Positions 34,420 through 44,276 of a stretch of DNA of 64,000 nucleotides are shown piece after piece. The notes under the pieces were generated by a model. That model was not told where the DNA came from. It saw only the letters and a program-made list of their open reading frames with translations, and did no database searches. A program made the translations under genes and the position numbers. The stretch covers positions 1,088,001-1,152,000 of the forward strand of contig CAVSGI010000010.1 of NCBI GenBank assembly GCA_963727445.1, read 5' to 3'. Every line of letters starts with the position of its first letter. The stretch's first letter is position 1. This DNA is from an uncultured delta proteobacterium. Lineage in GTDB: Bacteria; Myxococcota_A; Polyangia; Polyangiales; B10-G4.

Positions 34420-36040
34420 TCAGACCAGAGCGTGCTCGTAGGCGAACGCGGTGGCGGCGGCCCGGGTCGACACGTCCAGCTTGGCGAAGATGTCGCTCAC
34501 GTGGCGGTCGACGGTCCGCTCGCTGACGCCCAGCTGCCGCGCGATCGCCTTGTTGGTCTTGCCCTGGGCGACCAGGCGCAAGACCTCGAGCTGGCGCGGC
34601 GACAGCCCATGGGTGGCTGATCCCGTCGCGCTGGCGTCCAGGGCGGCGAGGTCTGGAGCGGCGCCGAGCTCCTCGAAGACCCGGCGCGCTGCCTGGCGCT
34701 CGAGCTCAGCGCCGTCGCGATCGCCCAGCGCCTCGCAGGCGCGACCAAGGAGCACGCGGATGCGGGCGGCGATGTAGGGCGCGCCGATGGTCTGCCAGCG
34801 GCGGAATGCGCGACGCAGCGGCTCGACGGCGGCGCCGGCGTCGCCGTCGGCGATCAGCACGGCACCGCGCGCCTGCGCGGCCAGGGCGTCCAGGATCTCG
34901 GTGTTGAACCGGTCGGCGAGCTCTGCCAGCTCGCGGCTCGCGGCTCGGGCCTCGTCGATCTCGCCAACCGCGAGGAGGATCTCCACCCATGCTGGCAGGA
35001 ACTGCGGTCGCTGCCACGCGCCGGAGGTCGTGGCTAGCACGCGTCTCATCGAGCTGACGGCATCGTCGCGGCGACCTTGGGCCAGGCGTAGCAGCGCCAG
35101 GCCGGGCTGAGGCTCTCGACCGGCCTCGCTGGCGTGGCGATATGCCTCCTCGGCGGCGGCCAGCTCACCACGCAGGCGGTGCAGCTCGGCGCGTTCGTAA
35201 CAGGCATCGCCCAAGGCCTGCGGATCCTTGTCCGTCACCAGCTCGCACGCCCGCTTCGCCTCCTCGAACGCCCCCGACCAGTCGCCGGTCATCTGCAGGA
35301 TCTGCGACCGGTGCACCAGACACGAGCCAGTGAACGGGGTCATTTGTGGCTCGTCCGTGCACCAGCTCGCCAGCGCCAACGTCCACTCGCGCGCGTGGTC
35401 GAGCGCCAGCGATTGCTGGCAGCTGGAGATGGCGCTGCAGTAGACCAGCCCCGTGACGAACGGCGACAGCTCGCCCGAGGTGACGGCCACCATCGACTCG
35501 TCGACGAGAGCGATGCCGCGCTCGGTGTCGCCGCGGCGGAGCAGCGCGCGCCCTTGATACTGGCGGGCGAGCGCGATCAGAATCCGGGTTGGCGAAGCGC
35601 TCGCCGATCTCCGCCGCCTGCGCTGCCACATCGTGTGCGGCGTCGAGGTCACCGGCGCCGAGGAAGCGAAGAGCTGTTGGCAGCATGAGGTAGCCGTGCT
35701 CGGCGCAGGCGCCGTCGACGCGCTCGGCCGACCGCTGCGCGCGCGCTAGCCAGCCGGCGCCGCGCGCGGTCTCGGTCATGGTCATCAGCCGCATGCCGAT
35801 CCAGAACGCCCAGCGGGCGGCGAGCGCGTGGGCCCCGGCGGCGTCGTGGGCGTGGTAGACGCGCTCGGACACCGACAGGTAGACGTCCTCTTGCCCGCAC
35901 AGCCCCGCCGACCAGGCGAGAAGCTGGAGGTCCTCGACCGACAGCGGCGATTCGGCGTCGGCTCGCGACAGCGCTTCGAACGCGTCGGCCCACTCGTGCC
36001 GCCGATAACAGGCGCGCCCGCGTTCGAGCCCCTCGACCAT
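34420..36040 (-). pseudogene. TPR-like / LuxR-HTH transcriptional regulator with a +1 frameshift near 35581 (possibly a sequencing error)
   Basis: The N-part (ORF from 36040) joins the C-part via NPD-LIALAR when one T is removed from CCGGATTCTG; C-terminal LSPRQLEVL...TNKAIA...SERTVDRHVSDIFAKL LuxR HTH. Confidence 0.82.
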
Positions 36041-36130
36041 ACGCCAATAGTATCAACGCTCAGCGAGACGCAACCACAGGGGAACGGGAGCGGGCACGGG
36101 CAGAAGAGCGTGCGCCTCGCCCGCTGAGGC

Positions 36131-36796
36131 TCAGGGCTCTTCGCCCCCGCGGCCGATCGCGATCACGAAGGTCTGATCGTCGACCATGGGAAAGCCGTTC
36201 CACGTCGGGTCGTCCTGCTTCTTCTCGTCGTAGAACGCGCGGTAGCCACGCCCGCTCGTGACGTCCCAGCCGGTGGCTTCGAGCGCGCCGAGGAAGGCGT
36301 TCACGTGATCCGGCGGATCATCGTCCGCGGCCATGAAATAGATGCCTGGGCGGATCGGGAAGCGCGCCACTGTGATCTCCTGCACGGCGAAGCCGGCGCG
36401 CGCGAAGACCTCACCGAGCGCGATGGCGAACTGCGCGGCGTCGGGATCGCCGAAGGTCACCGTGAGCCACACGCGGCGATCGACGTCGGGCTCGATGAAG
36501 CCGAGCTGCGACGCGAGGGTCGCGCGCTCCGTCGGCCCGAGGGTCATCGCGCCGAGGGTGAGGGTCTCGTTCTCCGCGGGCGTCGGGGCCTGGGCGTCGG
36601 CCGATGGCGTCGTGCCCTCTTCGGTCTCGAGAGCCTCGGGAACGATCTCCGCGTCCCCTCCCCCCGCCGTCAAGCGCGCGCGTAGCTCCTCGTTCTCGCT
36701 GCGCAGCGTCGCTGCATAAGCGAATAGCCCCACGATCACCACGAAGCAGAGAACGAATCCGGTCACGACGCTCGGCGGCAGCTTTCCCGTCATCAT
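36131..36796 (-). CDS. Hypothetical membrane-anchored protein
   Basis: N-terminal TM helix, short coiled coil, globular C-domain. Confidence 0.65.
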   Translation of the reverse strand: MMTGKLPPSVVTGFVLCFVVIVGLFAYAATLRSENEELRARLTAGGGDAEIVPEALETEEGTTPSADAQAPTPAENETLTLGAMTLGPTERATLASQLGFIEPDVDRRVWLTVTFGDPDAAQFAIALGEVFARAGFAVQEITVARFPIRPGIYFMAADDDPPDHVNAFLGALEATGWDVTSGRGYRAFYDEKKQDDPTWNGFPMVDDQTFVIAIGRGGEEP

Positions 36797-36926
36797 TTCA
36801 CTCGTCCATCAGCCCGTGTGGTCGAAGCGGCCGGTAGACGCTCTTGCGGTGAAGGCCCACGTGCCCGGCCATCGCCGCCGGAGACACAGCACGTGGTGAG
36901 ATCGTCCCAGGCCATCGACGCGGCGC

Positions 36927-37232
36927 TTACTCGGCGACTGGACCGCGGATCGCGGCGCCCTCGACGGGATCGGCGTCGAGGCCTTCCACCACGAGCGTGA
37001 GCGGTGGGCTCTCCGCGTGGAAGGCGCTGCCCCAGGCAACGGTGGCGACCTGCACCCGCGCCGGACCGTCGGGCATGGTCACCTCGAGCGCATCGCCGGC
37101 CTCCACGTCGCCTTCGTACCCCTCCTGGAGGATGAGCACGCGCTTGCCCTCGAGAGGGTATGCCCGCCGGACCCTGGCCTTGAATGCGTCTGCCACGGCG
37201 GGGAGCTTAGAGCGCTGGACGCTGTCATTCAA
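36927..37232 (-). CDS. Small hypothetical protein
   Basis: GC3-biased codons and beta-rich composition; the true start may be the GTG at 37196. Confidence 0.5.
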   Translation of the reverse strand: MNDSVQRSKLPAVADAFKARVRRAYPLEGKRVLILQEGYEGDVEAGDALEVTMPDGPARVQVATVAWGSAFHAESPPLTLVVEGLDADPVEGAAIRGPVAE

Positions 37233-37250
37233 ACCGGATACGAGGGCGTC

Positions 37251-37586
37251 TTGGAAACAGTCGATTACGAGCTACTCCGGTTCATCGGATACGCGCGCAG
37301 CTGCGGCTTCATGTTGGTTGTCCTCTTCGTGGCGATCTCGGCCGCTGTCGCTGGCGTACGCCTGAAGAAGGTCGTCGGCGTGTGGGTGTTCTCGGTCGCC
37401 ATGTTCCTCTTCTTCGGGGTGGAAGCCGTGTCGACCTTGCTCGATCTGGCCGAGCTGGACGTCGACGTGATGAGCTGGTTCTACGCCCTCACCTCGATCG
37501 TGACCCTCCTGCTCTCGGCCGCCATGCTCGTCGGCGTCGCGCTCCTCGAGCCGCCGCCAGCCTCTGGTAGCGAGGAGACGAGCTGA
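37251..37586 (+). CDS. Small membrane protein (about 3 TM)
   Basis: Hydrophobic segments; TTG start after GAGG; stop overlaps the next ATG. Confidence 0.55.
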   Translation: METVDYELLRFIGYARSCGFMLVVLFVAISAAVAGVRLKKVVGVWVFSVAMFLFFGVEAVSTLLDLAELDVDVMSWFYALTSIVTLLLSAAMLVGVALLEPPPASGSEETS

Positions 37587-37951
37587 TGGACGGCCAGATC
37601 TTTCAGTACTTCTTCCAGTGTACCGGGTGGCTGTCCTCGTTCATCGACCTGGCGATTGGCATCGCCGCCTTCGTGCGCTTGAAGAGCAGCCCCTCGGGCC
37701 TCTTGATCGGCGGCGGCTTCACGCTGATGTCCCTCTTCGGCATCGTCATGCGCGTGGTGCGCATGATCATGGAGCCCGATTTCGCCGGCGCGATCGACGT
37801 CGACTACGACGCGTGGATGATGCAGTCGCAGGCCATCGGTACCGTGACCACCTGCGGCCTGATGCTCTTCATGCTGGTGATCGGCATCGGCTTCCTGCTC
37901 CTGCCGAAGAGCCTCGCGAAGATCGCGGGCGGCGACGCTCCTACGGAGTGA
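37586..37951 (+). CDS. Small membrane protein (about 3 TM)
   Basis: RBS GAGGAG; TGATG overlap; same topology as the upstream gene. Confidence 0.65.
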   Translation: MDGQIFQYFFQCTGWLSSFIDLAIGIAAFVRLKSSPSGLLIGGGFTLMSLFGIVMRVVRMIMEPDFAGAIDVDYDAWMMQSQAIGTVTTCGLMLFMLVIGIGFLLLPKSLAKIAGGDAPTE

Positions 37952-39479
37952 TCGCCGGCGGGTTGGTGGTGCCCATCAGGGTGTCGGCGCGGATGGAGAT
38001 GCGCCCCGCGCCGCCTGCCCCCCCGACGAGTCCCACACAGGCGCTGACCCCGCTCGTGGGGCCGGCCGGCCCGCCCGCCGCCGTGACCAGGGCGTCGCCG
38101 ACCATCACCGTCTCGGCGTCGACGAAGATGGAGCCACCCCCGCCGCCACCGCCGGGGCCGCCGCAGCTGGAGAAGAACACGAGCACCGCCGGCCCGCCTC
38201 CACTGCCGCCGGCTGTGACGGCCCCTTCGACCGACACGGATTGCGCGAAGATGATGACGATGCCGCCGCCGGTCCCGCCTGCCGCGCGGCGAAAGGGGCC
38301 GCCGTTGCCTCCGCCACCTCCCAACATCGGCGACGCGTCGCCACCTGCCGTGACACCTCCGATGGACGCCGGACTGCAAACCCCCATCCCGTCCGCACCG
38401 TCCATCCCGCCAGCGCCGCCGCCGCCCCCCGCGGATCGATTGCATCCGCCAAAGACGGCACCGCCCCCGCCGCTCCCGTTGGCTTCGGGCAGACGCATGC
38501 CGACGCCGAGGTGACCCTCGCCTTGAAGGCCCGGGGTGTTGCTGGAAGCGCCGTCCATCGGCGGTCCGCGAAAACCGCGACCGGTCACGTCGATGCTGCC
38601 GCCCATCTCGATGGTGACCGCGCCCGTGGCGGCGACGGCGACGATGCCGCCGCGCGTCCCATCCCAGGCCGGCGCGACGACTCGGCCGCCCGCCGCGACG
38701 GTCAGGCTCGCATACTGGGGAACGACGATCGCCTGCGCCACCGAGCCGGCGCCAGTCCCGAAGGATCCCGTGAGAGGTGGGCTCACCGTCGCCACCCCCA
38801 TGGCGACGGATTCGATGCGGTGGAGCTCGTAGTGTCCCGCATCTGGTCCCTGGGTCTGATGAAGGAGCAGGAGCTGGCCGGCGGCGAAGCCCGTCGCGTC
38901 GCCCAGGATCACCCCGTCGCGGCCGGCGCCGCCGTTGGCGGTGGTCACCACCGTGTTGAGCACCGCCTCGGCGTCGACGCGGAAGTCGCCGGCCGACCCG
39001 TCTCCGCGCGGGCTGAGCAGGCACGTGGACCCCACGCAGCTCCCGCCCGCGCAGCTCATCCCACACGCGCCGCAATTCGCGTCGTCGCCCGCGAGGTCGG
39101 TCTCACATCCGTTCGAGGGGTCACCGTCGCAATCGTCGAAGCCGTCGTCGCAAGCCGTGACACACGCGGAGGCAACACAGCTGATGGTGGCGCCGGGAGC
39201 GTCACCGCAGTCCATGCCACAGCCCCCGCAGTTCTGGGCGTCGGTGCGCGTGTCCACGCAGCTGTCGCCGCACATCACCCGACTCGGATCACAGCCAGCG
39301 TCCATGACGCCGCTGTCCACCGGGGGCGCGGGCATACAGACACCGCTCACGCAGATCACACCGGCGCCGCAGTCGGCGTCCGTCTCGCACGTCTCCACCG
39401 TCGCGTCGGTCGACGCGTCGTCACCGCCGCATGCGACGAGACCGAAGATCAGGAAAAGCGAGGCGGGGATGATCCGCAT
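37941..39479 (-). CDS. Cys-rich, Gly-rich surface lipoprotein
   Basis: Lipobox LVAC; NCGGCG and DCDGDPSNGCE repeats; WDGTRGGIVA and GGGGGGS...GAGRI Gly-rich domain. Confidence 0.75.
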   Translation of the reverse strand: MRIIPASLFLIFGLVACGGDDASTDATVETCETDADCGAGVICVSGVCMPAPPVDSGVMDAGCDPSRVMCGDSCVDTRTDAQNCGGCGMDCGDAPGATISCVASACVTACDDGFDDCDGDPSNGCETDLAGDDANCGACGMSCAGGSCVGSTCLLSPRGDGSAGDFRVDAEAVLNTVVTTANGGAGRDGVILGDATGFAAGQLLLLHQTQGPDAGHYELHRIESVAMGVATVSPPLTGSFGTGAGSVAQAIVVPQYASLTVAAGGRVVAPAWDGTRGGIVAVAATGAVTIEMGGSIDVTGRGFRGPPMDGASSNTPGLQGEGHLGVGMRLPEANGSGGGGAVFGGCNRSAGGGGGAGGMDGADGMGVCSPASIGGVTAGGDASPMLGGGGGNGGPFRRAAGGTGGGIVIIFAQSVSVEGAVTAGGSGGGPAVLVFFSSCGGPGGGGGGGSIFVDAETVMVGDALVTAAGGPAGPTSGVSACVGLVGGAGGAGRISIRADTLMGTTNPPAITP

Positions 39480-39513
39480 CCGCTGCGCATTATGGCACGC
39501 TCACCGGCGGCAC

Positions 39514-40071
39514 GTGGAAGATCAGGCCAAATGCGGAGCTCACCCGGAAGTCGTCGCCGACGCGGGCACTTGCGGGCGCTGCGGCGCCTACATGTGCACG
39601 GCCTGCGCATCGGAGATCCGCGACGGCAAGTTGTGCAAGCGCTGCGAGGCGGTGCTCCTCGAGCGAGGGATGATCAAGCACGTCCCACGGCTCGCGGTGG
39701 CCGTGGGCTCCTACGGTGTGGTGCTCCTGGTGATCTCGCTGGGGTACTGCGGCTTCCTCGGTCTCGCGGGCGTGGGGATGACGGACCCCGGTTACACGCT
39801 CGGTGAGGACGACTATCTCGGTCTCGGCGTGTTCTTCCTCGCCGGACTTCCCGAGCTGCCCGTGGGCCTCCTTCACATCGCCGCGGGCGCGGCCCTCCGC
39901 CAGCGGCGCGGGCGACTGCTCACCTACTTCGCGGTGGCCAGCGGCTTCGCCGCAATCGGCGCCGCGTGCTTCATCCCGGTGAGCATCGCGCTCCTGATCT
40001 ACGCGGCCCTGGTGCTCGGCGACGTCGACGTGCGCGATCTCTTCGACGCCGAAGAAGAATCACGAAGCTGA
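39514..40071 (+). CDS. B-box-like zinc-finger membrane protein
   Basis: CGAH...CGRCGAYMCTAC...CKRC followed by about 4 TM helices. Confidence 0.65.
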   Translation: MEDQAKCGAHPEVVADAGTCGRCGAYMCTACASEIRDGKLCKRCEAVLLERGMIKHVPRLAVAVGSYGVVLLVISLGYCGFLGLAGVGMTDPGYTLGEDDYLGLGVFFLAGLPELPVGLLHIAAGAALRQRRGRLLTYFAVASGFAAIGAACFIPVSIALLIYAALVLGDVDVRDLFDAEEESRS

Positions 40072-40074
40072 ATG

Positions 40075-41331
40075 TCAGCGGCGCGTGCGGCGGCGCCGCA
40101 CGAAGAGCGCGACGATCAGCGCCAGCATCGACACCCCGGCGCTCCGCCCGAGCCGGCTGGTGCTGCACCCGCCGTCGTCCGCACCGCCCGCCGTGGTCCC
40201 GCCATCGGCGCCCGAGCTCGAGGCGACGGGCACGCACTCGTACATCATGCACTCCTGACCGGCAGGGCAGACGTCCTCGTCGATCGGTCCGTCGCAGTCG
40301 TCGTCGAGCAGATTGCACATCTCGACCTGCGGCGTGCCGGGGTCGCAGTCCTCCGCGTCGCAGGAGTTGGCGTCGCGGCGACACCACCCGATTCCGCACT
40401 GGGGTCGCACGCGCTCGTCCGCACGCCCGTCGCAGTCGTCGTCGAGGAGGTTGCATATCTCCATCGCACCCGGATTGATGTCGGGGTCGTCGGGCGCGCA
40501 GTCGCCGCCCAGGCTGGCCCAACGCCCACTGGCGGGACACCCTTCGATCATCTCCCCGCTATCCCGCTCCTCCCGGCTGTAGTACCCGTCGCCGTCCGCG
40601 TCGGGATAATGGGTCACGGGCTCGATGTTCTCGTCGACCAGATCGTCGCAGTCGTCGTCGCGAAGATTGCAGAGCTCTTCCGCTCCGGTGAAGGTCGTCA
40701 CACGCGAGTCGTCACAATCGTCAGGTGCGGTTGCGTAGCGCTCCGGCGTCATCCCCGCGCACGCCTCGCGCGTCGCGTCGGGCGTCCCATGACCGTCACC
40801 GTCCCGATCTCGGTAATACGTCTGACTCTCGCAGCCGAAGACGCGATCGTATTCGTCGATCGCCGCGCCGTCCGCGGAGTTGCGTCGCCCGTCCCCGTCG
40901 GCTGCCACCGTCGACAGGGTGAAACGGACGGCCCCCGCCGTGTCGGGCGCGACCCACCGGCCGCGGAACTCGGCCACGCCACCGCTGAAGGGAACGGGCG
41001 CGTCGTGCGTCAGCTCGAGCCCCACCGTGTGGAGGCCGCCGCCCGAAGTCGTGCGAAGCATGCCGGAGTCGACGTGCACGTTGATGCCCGCCACCGCGGC
41101 CGTGGAGCGGATGCGCACCGTGAAGTCGACGACGTCCCCAGGGCTGACGCTCGTGGGCGTGGTGAGGAGCTCGACCGTCTGCGTGCCGACGCCTCCGTGA
41201 CATCCGCTGCAGTCGGGCCCGCTGATGCCGTCTCGGTAGGCATGCGCCGCCGGGACGTCCATGGCCGCGCCCCCGAGACCGAAGAGCGACGCGAGACCCA
41301 GGACTGCCAACGGTCTTCGCACCTGCACCAT
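40075..41331 (-). CDS. Surface protein: CxxCH/Reeler-like N-domain, putative metal-binding (MopE-like) repeats, MYXO-CTERM-like tail
   Basis: Signal peptide AHA; CSGCH; YYRDRDGDGHG and ELCNLRDDDCD repeats; GGCS-TM-RRRR terminus. Confidence 0.75.
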   Translation of the reverse strand: MVQVRRPLAVLGLASLFGLGGAAMDVPAAHAYRDGISGPDCSGCHGGVGTQTVELLTTPTSVSPGDVVDFTVRIRSTAAVAGINVHVDSGMLRTTSGGGLHTVGLELTHDAPVPFSGGVAEFRGRWVAPDTAGAVRFTLSTVAADGDGRRNSADGAAIDEYDRVFGCESQTYYRDRDGDGHGTPDATREACAGMTPERYATAPDDCDDSRVTTFTGAEELCNLRDDDCDDLVDENIEPVTHYPDADGDGYYSREERDSGEMIEGCPASGRWASLGGDCAPDDPDINPGAMEICNLLDDDCDGRADERVRPQCGIGWCRRDANSCDAEDCDPGTPQVEMCNLLDDDCDGPIDEDVCPAGQECMMYECVPVASSSGADGGTTAGGADDGGCSTSRLGRSAGVSMLALIVALFVRRRRTRR

Positions 41332-41374
41332 GATAGCGAAACTCGGGCGGTCAGGCCCGCGCCCCGACCGAGTA

Positions 41375-44053
41375 TCAGCGATACGCCCAGAGCACCTGAT
41401 CGACGCCCACCGCGCCACGGTCGACGACGAGGTGCTGGTAGGCCGCCGCGAGCTGGATGTCCGTCGCGTGCGAGCCGAACTGCGTGTAGACGTGATGGGT
41501 CAGCTCGCCGACGGTGAGCACGTGGTCGCGCGGGTTCATGTCGGCGTCGCCCTGCATCGCCATGCGCAGGAAATAGCTCAAGTAGCCGCCCGCCTGGAAC
41601 TGGCCGGCCACCGCCGACAGGACGTCCTCCTCCGAGGAGAAGAGCCCGACCCGACCCGGGCGCGTGATGATGTCCTTGGCGAAGCCGCCCGAGTGACAGG
41701 CGTCGATGGCGACGAGAGAGATGCGCGCCGGCATCGCGTCGAAGAGCCGACCCAGCTCGTCGTCCACCAACTGCCCGTCGTAGAGCACGAGATACTCGTC
41801 CTTGCCGTCGATCTCGCGTGTGTCGTTGCTCGAAGCGGTCTGACCGCCGTGTCCGGAGTAGAAGAAGACGAAGACGTCGTCCGGCCCCAGCTCGCGGCTG
41901 AGTCGCTGCATGTTCTGGCGAATGTTCGTCGTGGTCGCCTGCGAATCGGTGAGCACCACCTGCCGCTCGCTCGGCAGCAAGCCCTCGTTGTGCAGCGTCT
42001 CGGCGAGACGGGTCGCGTCGTTGGCGCACTCCGGCAGATCGTTGGCGCCACCGGGATAATCGCTGATGCCCGCGAAGAGGCCGAAGACCCGGCCACCCGA
42101 GCCACCAGCGCCGCCACCACCGCCACCGCCGTCGGGGTGGGGAACCGACGCGCCGGCGCTCTGCACCAGGCTCCACGCGCCGGTCTCCCCCGGCTGGTAG
42201 CTCGTGACGAGGAGCTGGTAGGCGCCGGCTTCGGCCGAAGGGATGTCGACGCCCGAGTTCGTCGACCCCGCCTCGAAGTCGTCGTTGTCGAGCTGGCGCC
42301 CGCTCGGCGTGCGCACGATCAGGTAGGTGTCGAACTGTGTGGAGGTGAGCCGAAGCTGCACCGACGCGCCAGGGTTGAAGCTCATGGTGAGCGCGTCCGC
42401 GTACTCGCCGCTCGGCAGCTGCCGGTCACCCTGCGCGAGGTTGCCGCGCTGGGTCGCCCCCGACGCGGAAGGCGGAGGCGTCGGCGCCCCTCCGCTGCCA
42501 CCCGTGCCGCCGCTGCCGCCGCCGGCACCGGTCACGACCAGCTCGTAGTCTCCGGACTCGCCCGGCTCGTAGCTGGTCACGAGGACGCGGTACTCGCCGC
42601 CGATGGACACCAGGTCGACCTGCGCGTCGGTCCCGCCGCCCGGGCCGTCGTCGTTGTCCTGCTGGTCACCCGAAGGCGGCTGGACGATCAGATAGGTGTC
42701 GAACTGCGAAGAGCGCGCCCGGATGCTCACGCTCTGGCCGGCCGGAATGGTGAGCCGATGCGTGTCGTAGAGCTCGCCGCTGTCGAGCTGCTCATCGCCG
42801 TTCTGAAGCGAGCCGCGGATAGTCTGCACGTCGCCGCCCGCGCTCGGCGCACCCGATGCCCCCGTCCCACCGATGACCGAGGTCACGTTGGTGAGGTCGA
42901 CGGTTCGCGCGCCCCCGCGCGAGACCGCCAGCTGATAGGCGCCGCGATCGGTGTTGCGATACCCGGTGGCGACCACGCGATAGGCGCCGGCGGTGGGGGC
43001 CGTCATCTCGAGTCGGCTGTTCCGCGTCCCGCCGTAGTCGTCGTTCTCCCAGTACTGGCCCGTCGGTCCGACCACCATCAGGTAGGGGTCGAAAGCCTCC
43101 GAATCGAGCTGCACCGCGAGGGGCACGTTGGCTTCGGCGACCGTCAGCGTGAAGATGTCGGCCAGCTCGCCGCTGGGAAGCGCCCCGTCGCCATCGGCGA
43201 GCGCGCCTTCGAGCGCGCGTCCCACGGTGATCGGCGCTGCGCCCGGTCCCGTGGGGAGCTGATGGTGTCCGCGCGCGAGCGTCGGTGTCGGCGGACCGTT
43301 CGGGGCCGCGAGCGAGACTTGATAGCTCGCGAGTTGATTGGCGCTCGGCGCCATGATCTGGACGCGATGGTTACCGGGCGTGACCAGCGTCCACGTGCCG
43401 TCCTGGCCCTGCCATACGGGATTGCCCGCCGGGTCCACCACGGCCACCTGTGGCAGCACCTGTCCCTGCGCCTCGACCCGGAGGCTCCCCGGACCGGTCG
43501 CCATCACCGTGTCGTAAGCCCGCCCATCGGGGAGCTTCGCGTCCTCTGCCGAGAGCTCTCCGCTGACGCGCCCACCCGCCACCAACGTCTCCTGTGCAGC
43601 CGTGCCCCCACCCACGCGACGCACCAGGAGGCGGTAGCGACCGGTTCCGTCGCCGCGGTGGCTCGTCACCGCGACCTTGATGGTGCTCGCCTGGTGCAGA
43701 TCGATCGAGAGCTGCGAGTGCTCGTGGCTGCCCTGGAAGTCGTCGTTGCTGAGGGTGAAGCCTTCCGGCGTCGTCACGTGCACCAGCGGGTCGAAGGCGC
43801 TCGAGCTGAGCGTCACCAGGTAGGTGCCCGGGGCCTGGAGGTTCACGTCGAAGCGCTGGACCAGTGCCGTGCCGATGTGCTCGCTCGCGCGGGTGAGCTC
43901 CCCCTCCTCGGAGAAGACGATGTTGGCGTCGGCCGTGTTGTTCGTCGCCGACCCGGACTGCTGTCCGGCCCCCTGCTGGCAGCTGCCGCAGCTGGTGGCG
44001 AAGAGGAGGAGGAAGGTCGTGGCGGAGAGGCGGAAGCGGGGCGAAGGGCTCAC
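41375..44053 (-). CDS. Lipoprotein with multiple PPC domains and a C-terminal caspase (peptidase C14) domain
   Basis: Lipobox ATSC; repeated FD(P/T)xL...NDD...GxYxL modules; FFYSGHGG and IDACHSGG His-Cys dyad. Confidence 0.85.
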   Translation of the reverse strand: MSPSPRFRLSATTFLLLFATSCGSCQQGAGQQSGSATNNTADANIVFSEEGELTRASEHIGTALVQRFDVNLQAPGTYLVTLSSSAFDPLVHVTTPEGFTLSNDDFQGSHEHSQLSIDLHQASTIKVAVTSHRGDGTGRYRLLVRRVGGGTAAQETLVAGGRVSGELSAEDAKLPDGRAYDTVMATGPGSLRVEAQGQVLPQVAVVDPAGNPVWQGQDGTWTLVTPGNHRVQIMAPSANQLASYQVSLAAPNGPPTPTLARGHHQLPTGPGAAPITVGRALEGALADGDGALPSGELADIFTLTVAEANVPLAVQLDSEAFDPYLMVVGPTGQYWENDDYGGTRNSRLEMTAPTAGAYRVVATGYRNTDRGAYQLAVSRGGARTVDLTNVTSVIGGTGASGAPSAGGDVQTIRGSLQNGDEQLDSGELYDTHRLTIPAGQSVSIRARSSQFDTYLIVQPPSGDQQDNDDGPGGGTDAQVDLVSIGGEYRVLVTSYEPGESGDYELVVTGAGGGSGGTGGSGGAPTPPPSASGATQRGNLAQGDRQLPSGEYADALTMSFNPGASVQLRLTSTQFDTYLIVRTPSGRQLDNDDFEAGSTNSGVDIPSAEAGAYQLLVTSYQPGETGAWSLVQSAGASVPHPDGGGGGGGAGGSGGRVFGLFAGISDYPGGANDLPECANDATRLAETLHNEGLLPSERQVVLTDSQATTTNIRQNMQRLSRELGPDDVFVFFYSGHGGQTASSNDTREIDGKDEYLVLYDGQLVDDELGRLFDAMPARISLVAIDACHSGGFAKDIITRPGRVGLFSSEEDVLSAVAGQFQAGGYLSYFLRMAMQGDADMNPRDHVLTVGELTHHVYTQFGSHATDIQLAAAYQHLVVDRGAVGVDQVLWAYR

Positions 44054-44276
44054 GGAGACCTCGGGTGGGAGTGTGAACTCAGTACAGAGTAGTACGGGCG
44101 GTGCGTGAGGGGTCCAACATCACGGTGGAATCCGGCCCCCACGCTACCCGAGGCTCGCCCGGGGCGGCCACGGGCGGTCGAGACAGGTAGGCGATTTGTC
44201 TGGCATTGTGAGCGTTCGGGCTTGCGGGCCTGGCGTCCCTAACGTAGAGCCCTTCCACTCGACACGAGGCCATCCG

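Noticed and set aside
33036..36040. Programmed ribosomal frameshifting in the split genes
   Set aside because: No slippery heptamer or homopolymer run at the junctions; the shared GATC lesion explains them more simply
41261..44092. 943-aa plus-strand ORF and other long antisense or alternate-frame ORFs (e.g. 16-1158, 1518-3257, 21718-23610)
   Set aside because: Shadow ORFs expected at high GC; Arg/Ala/Pro-rich, motif-free and overlapping well-supported genes
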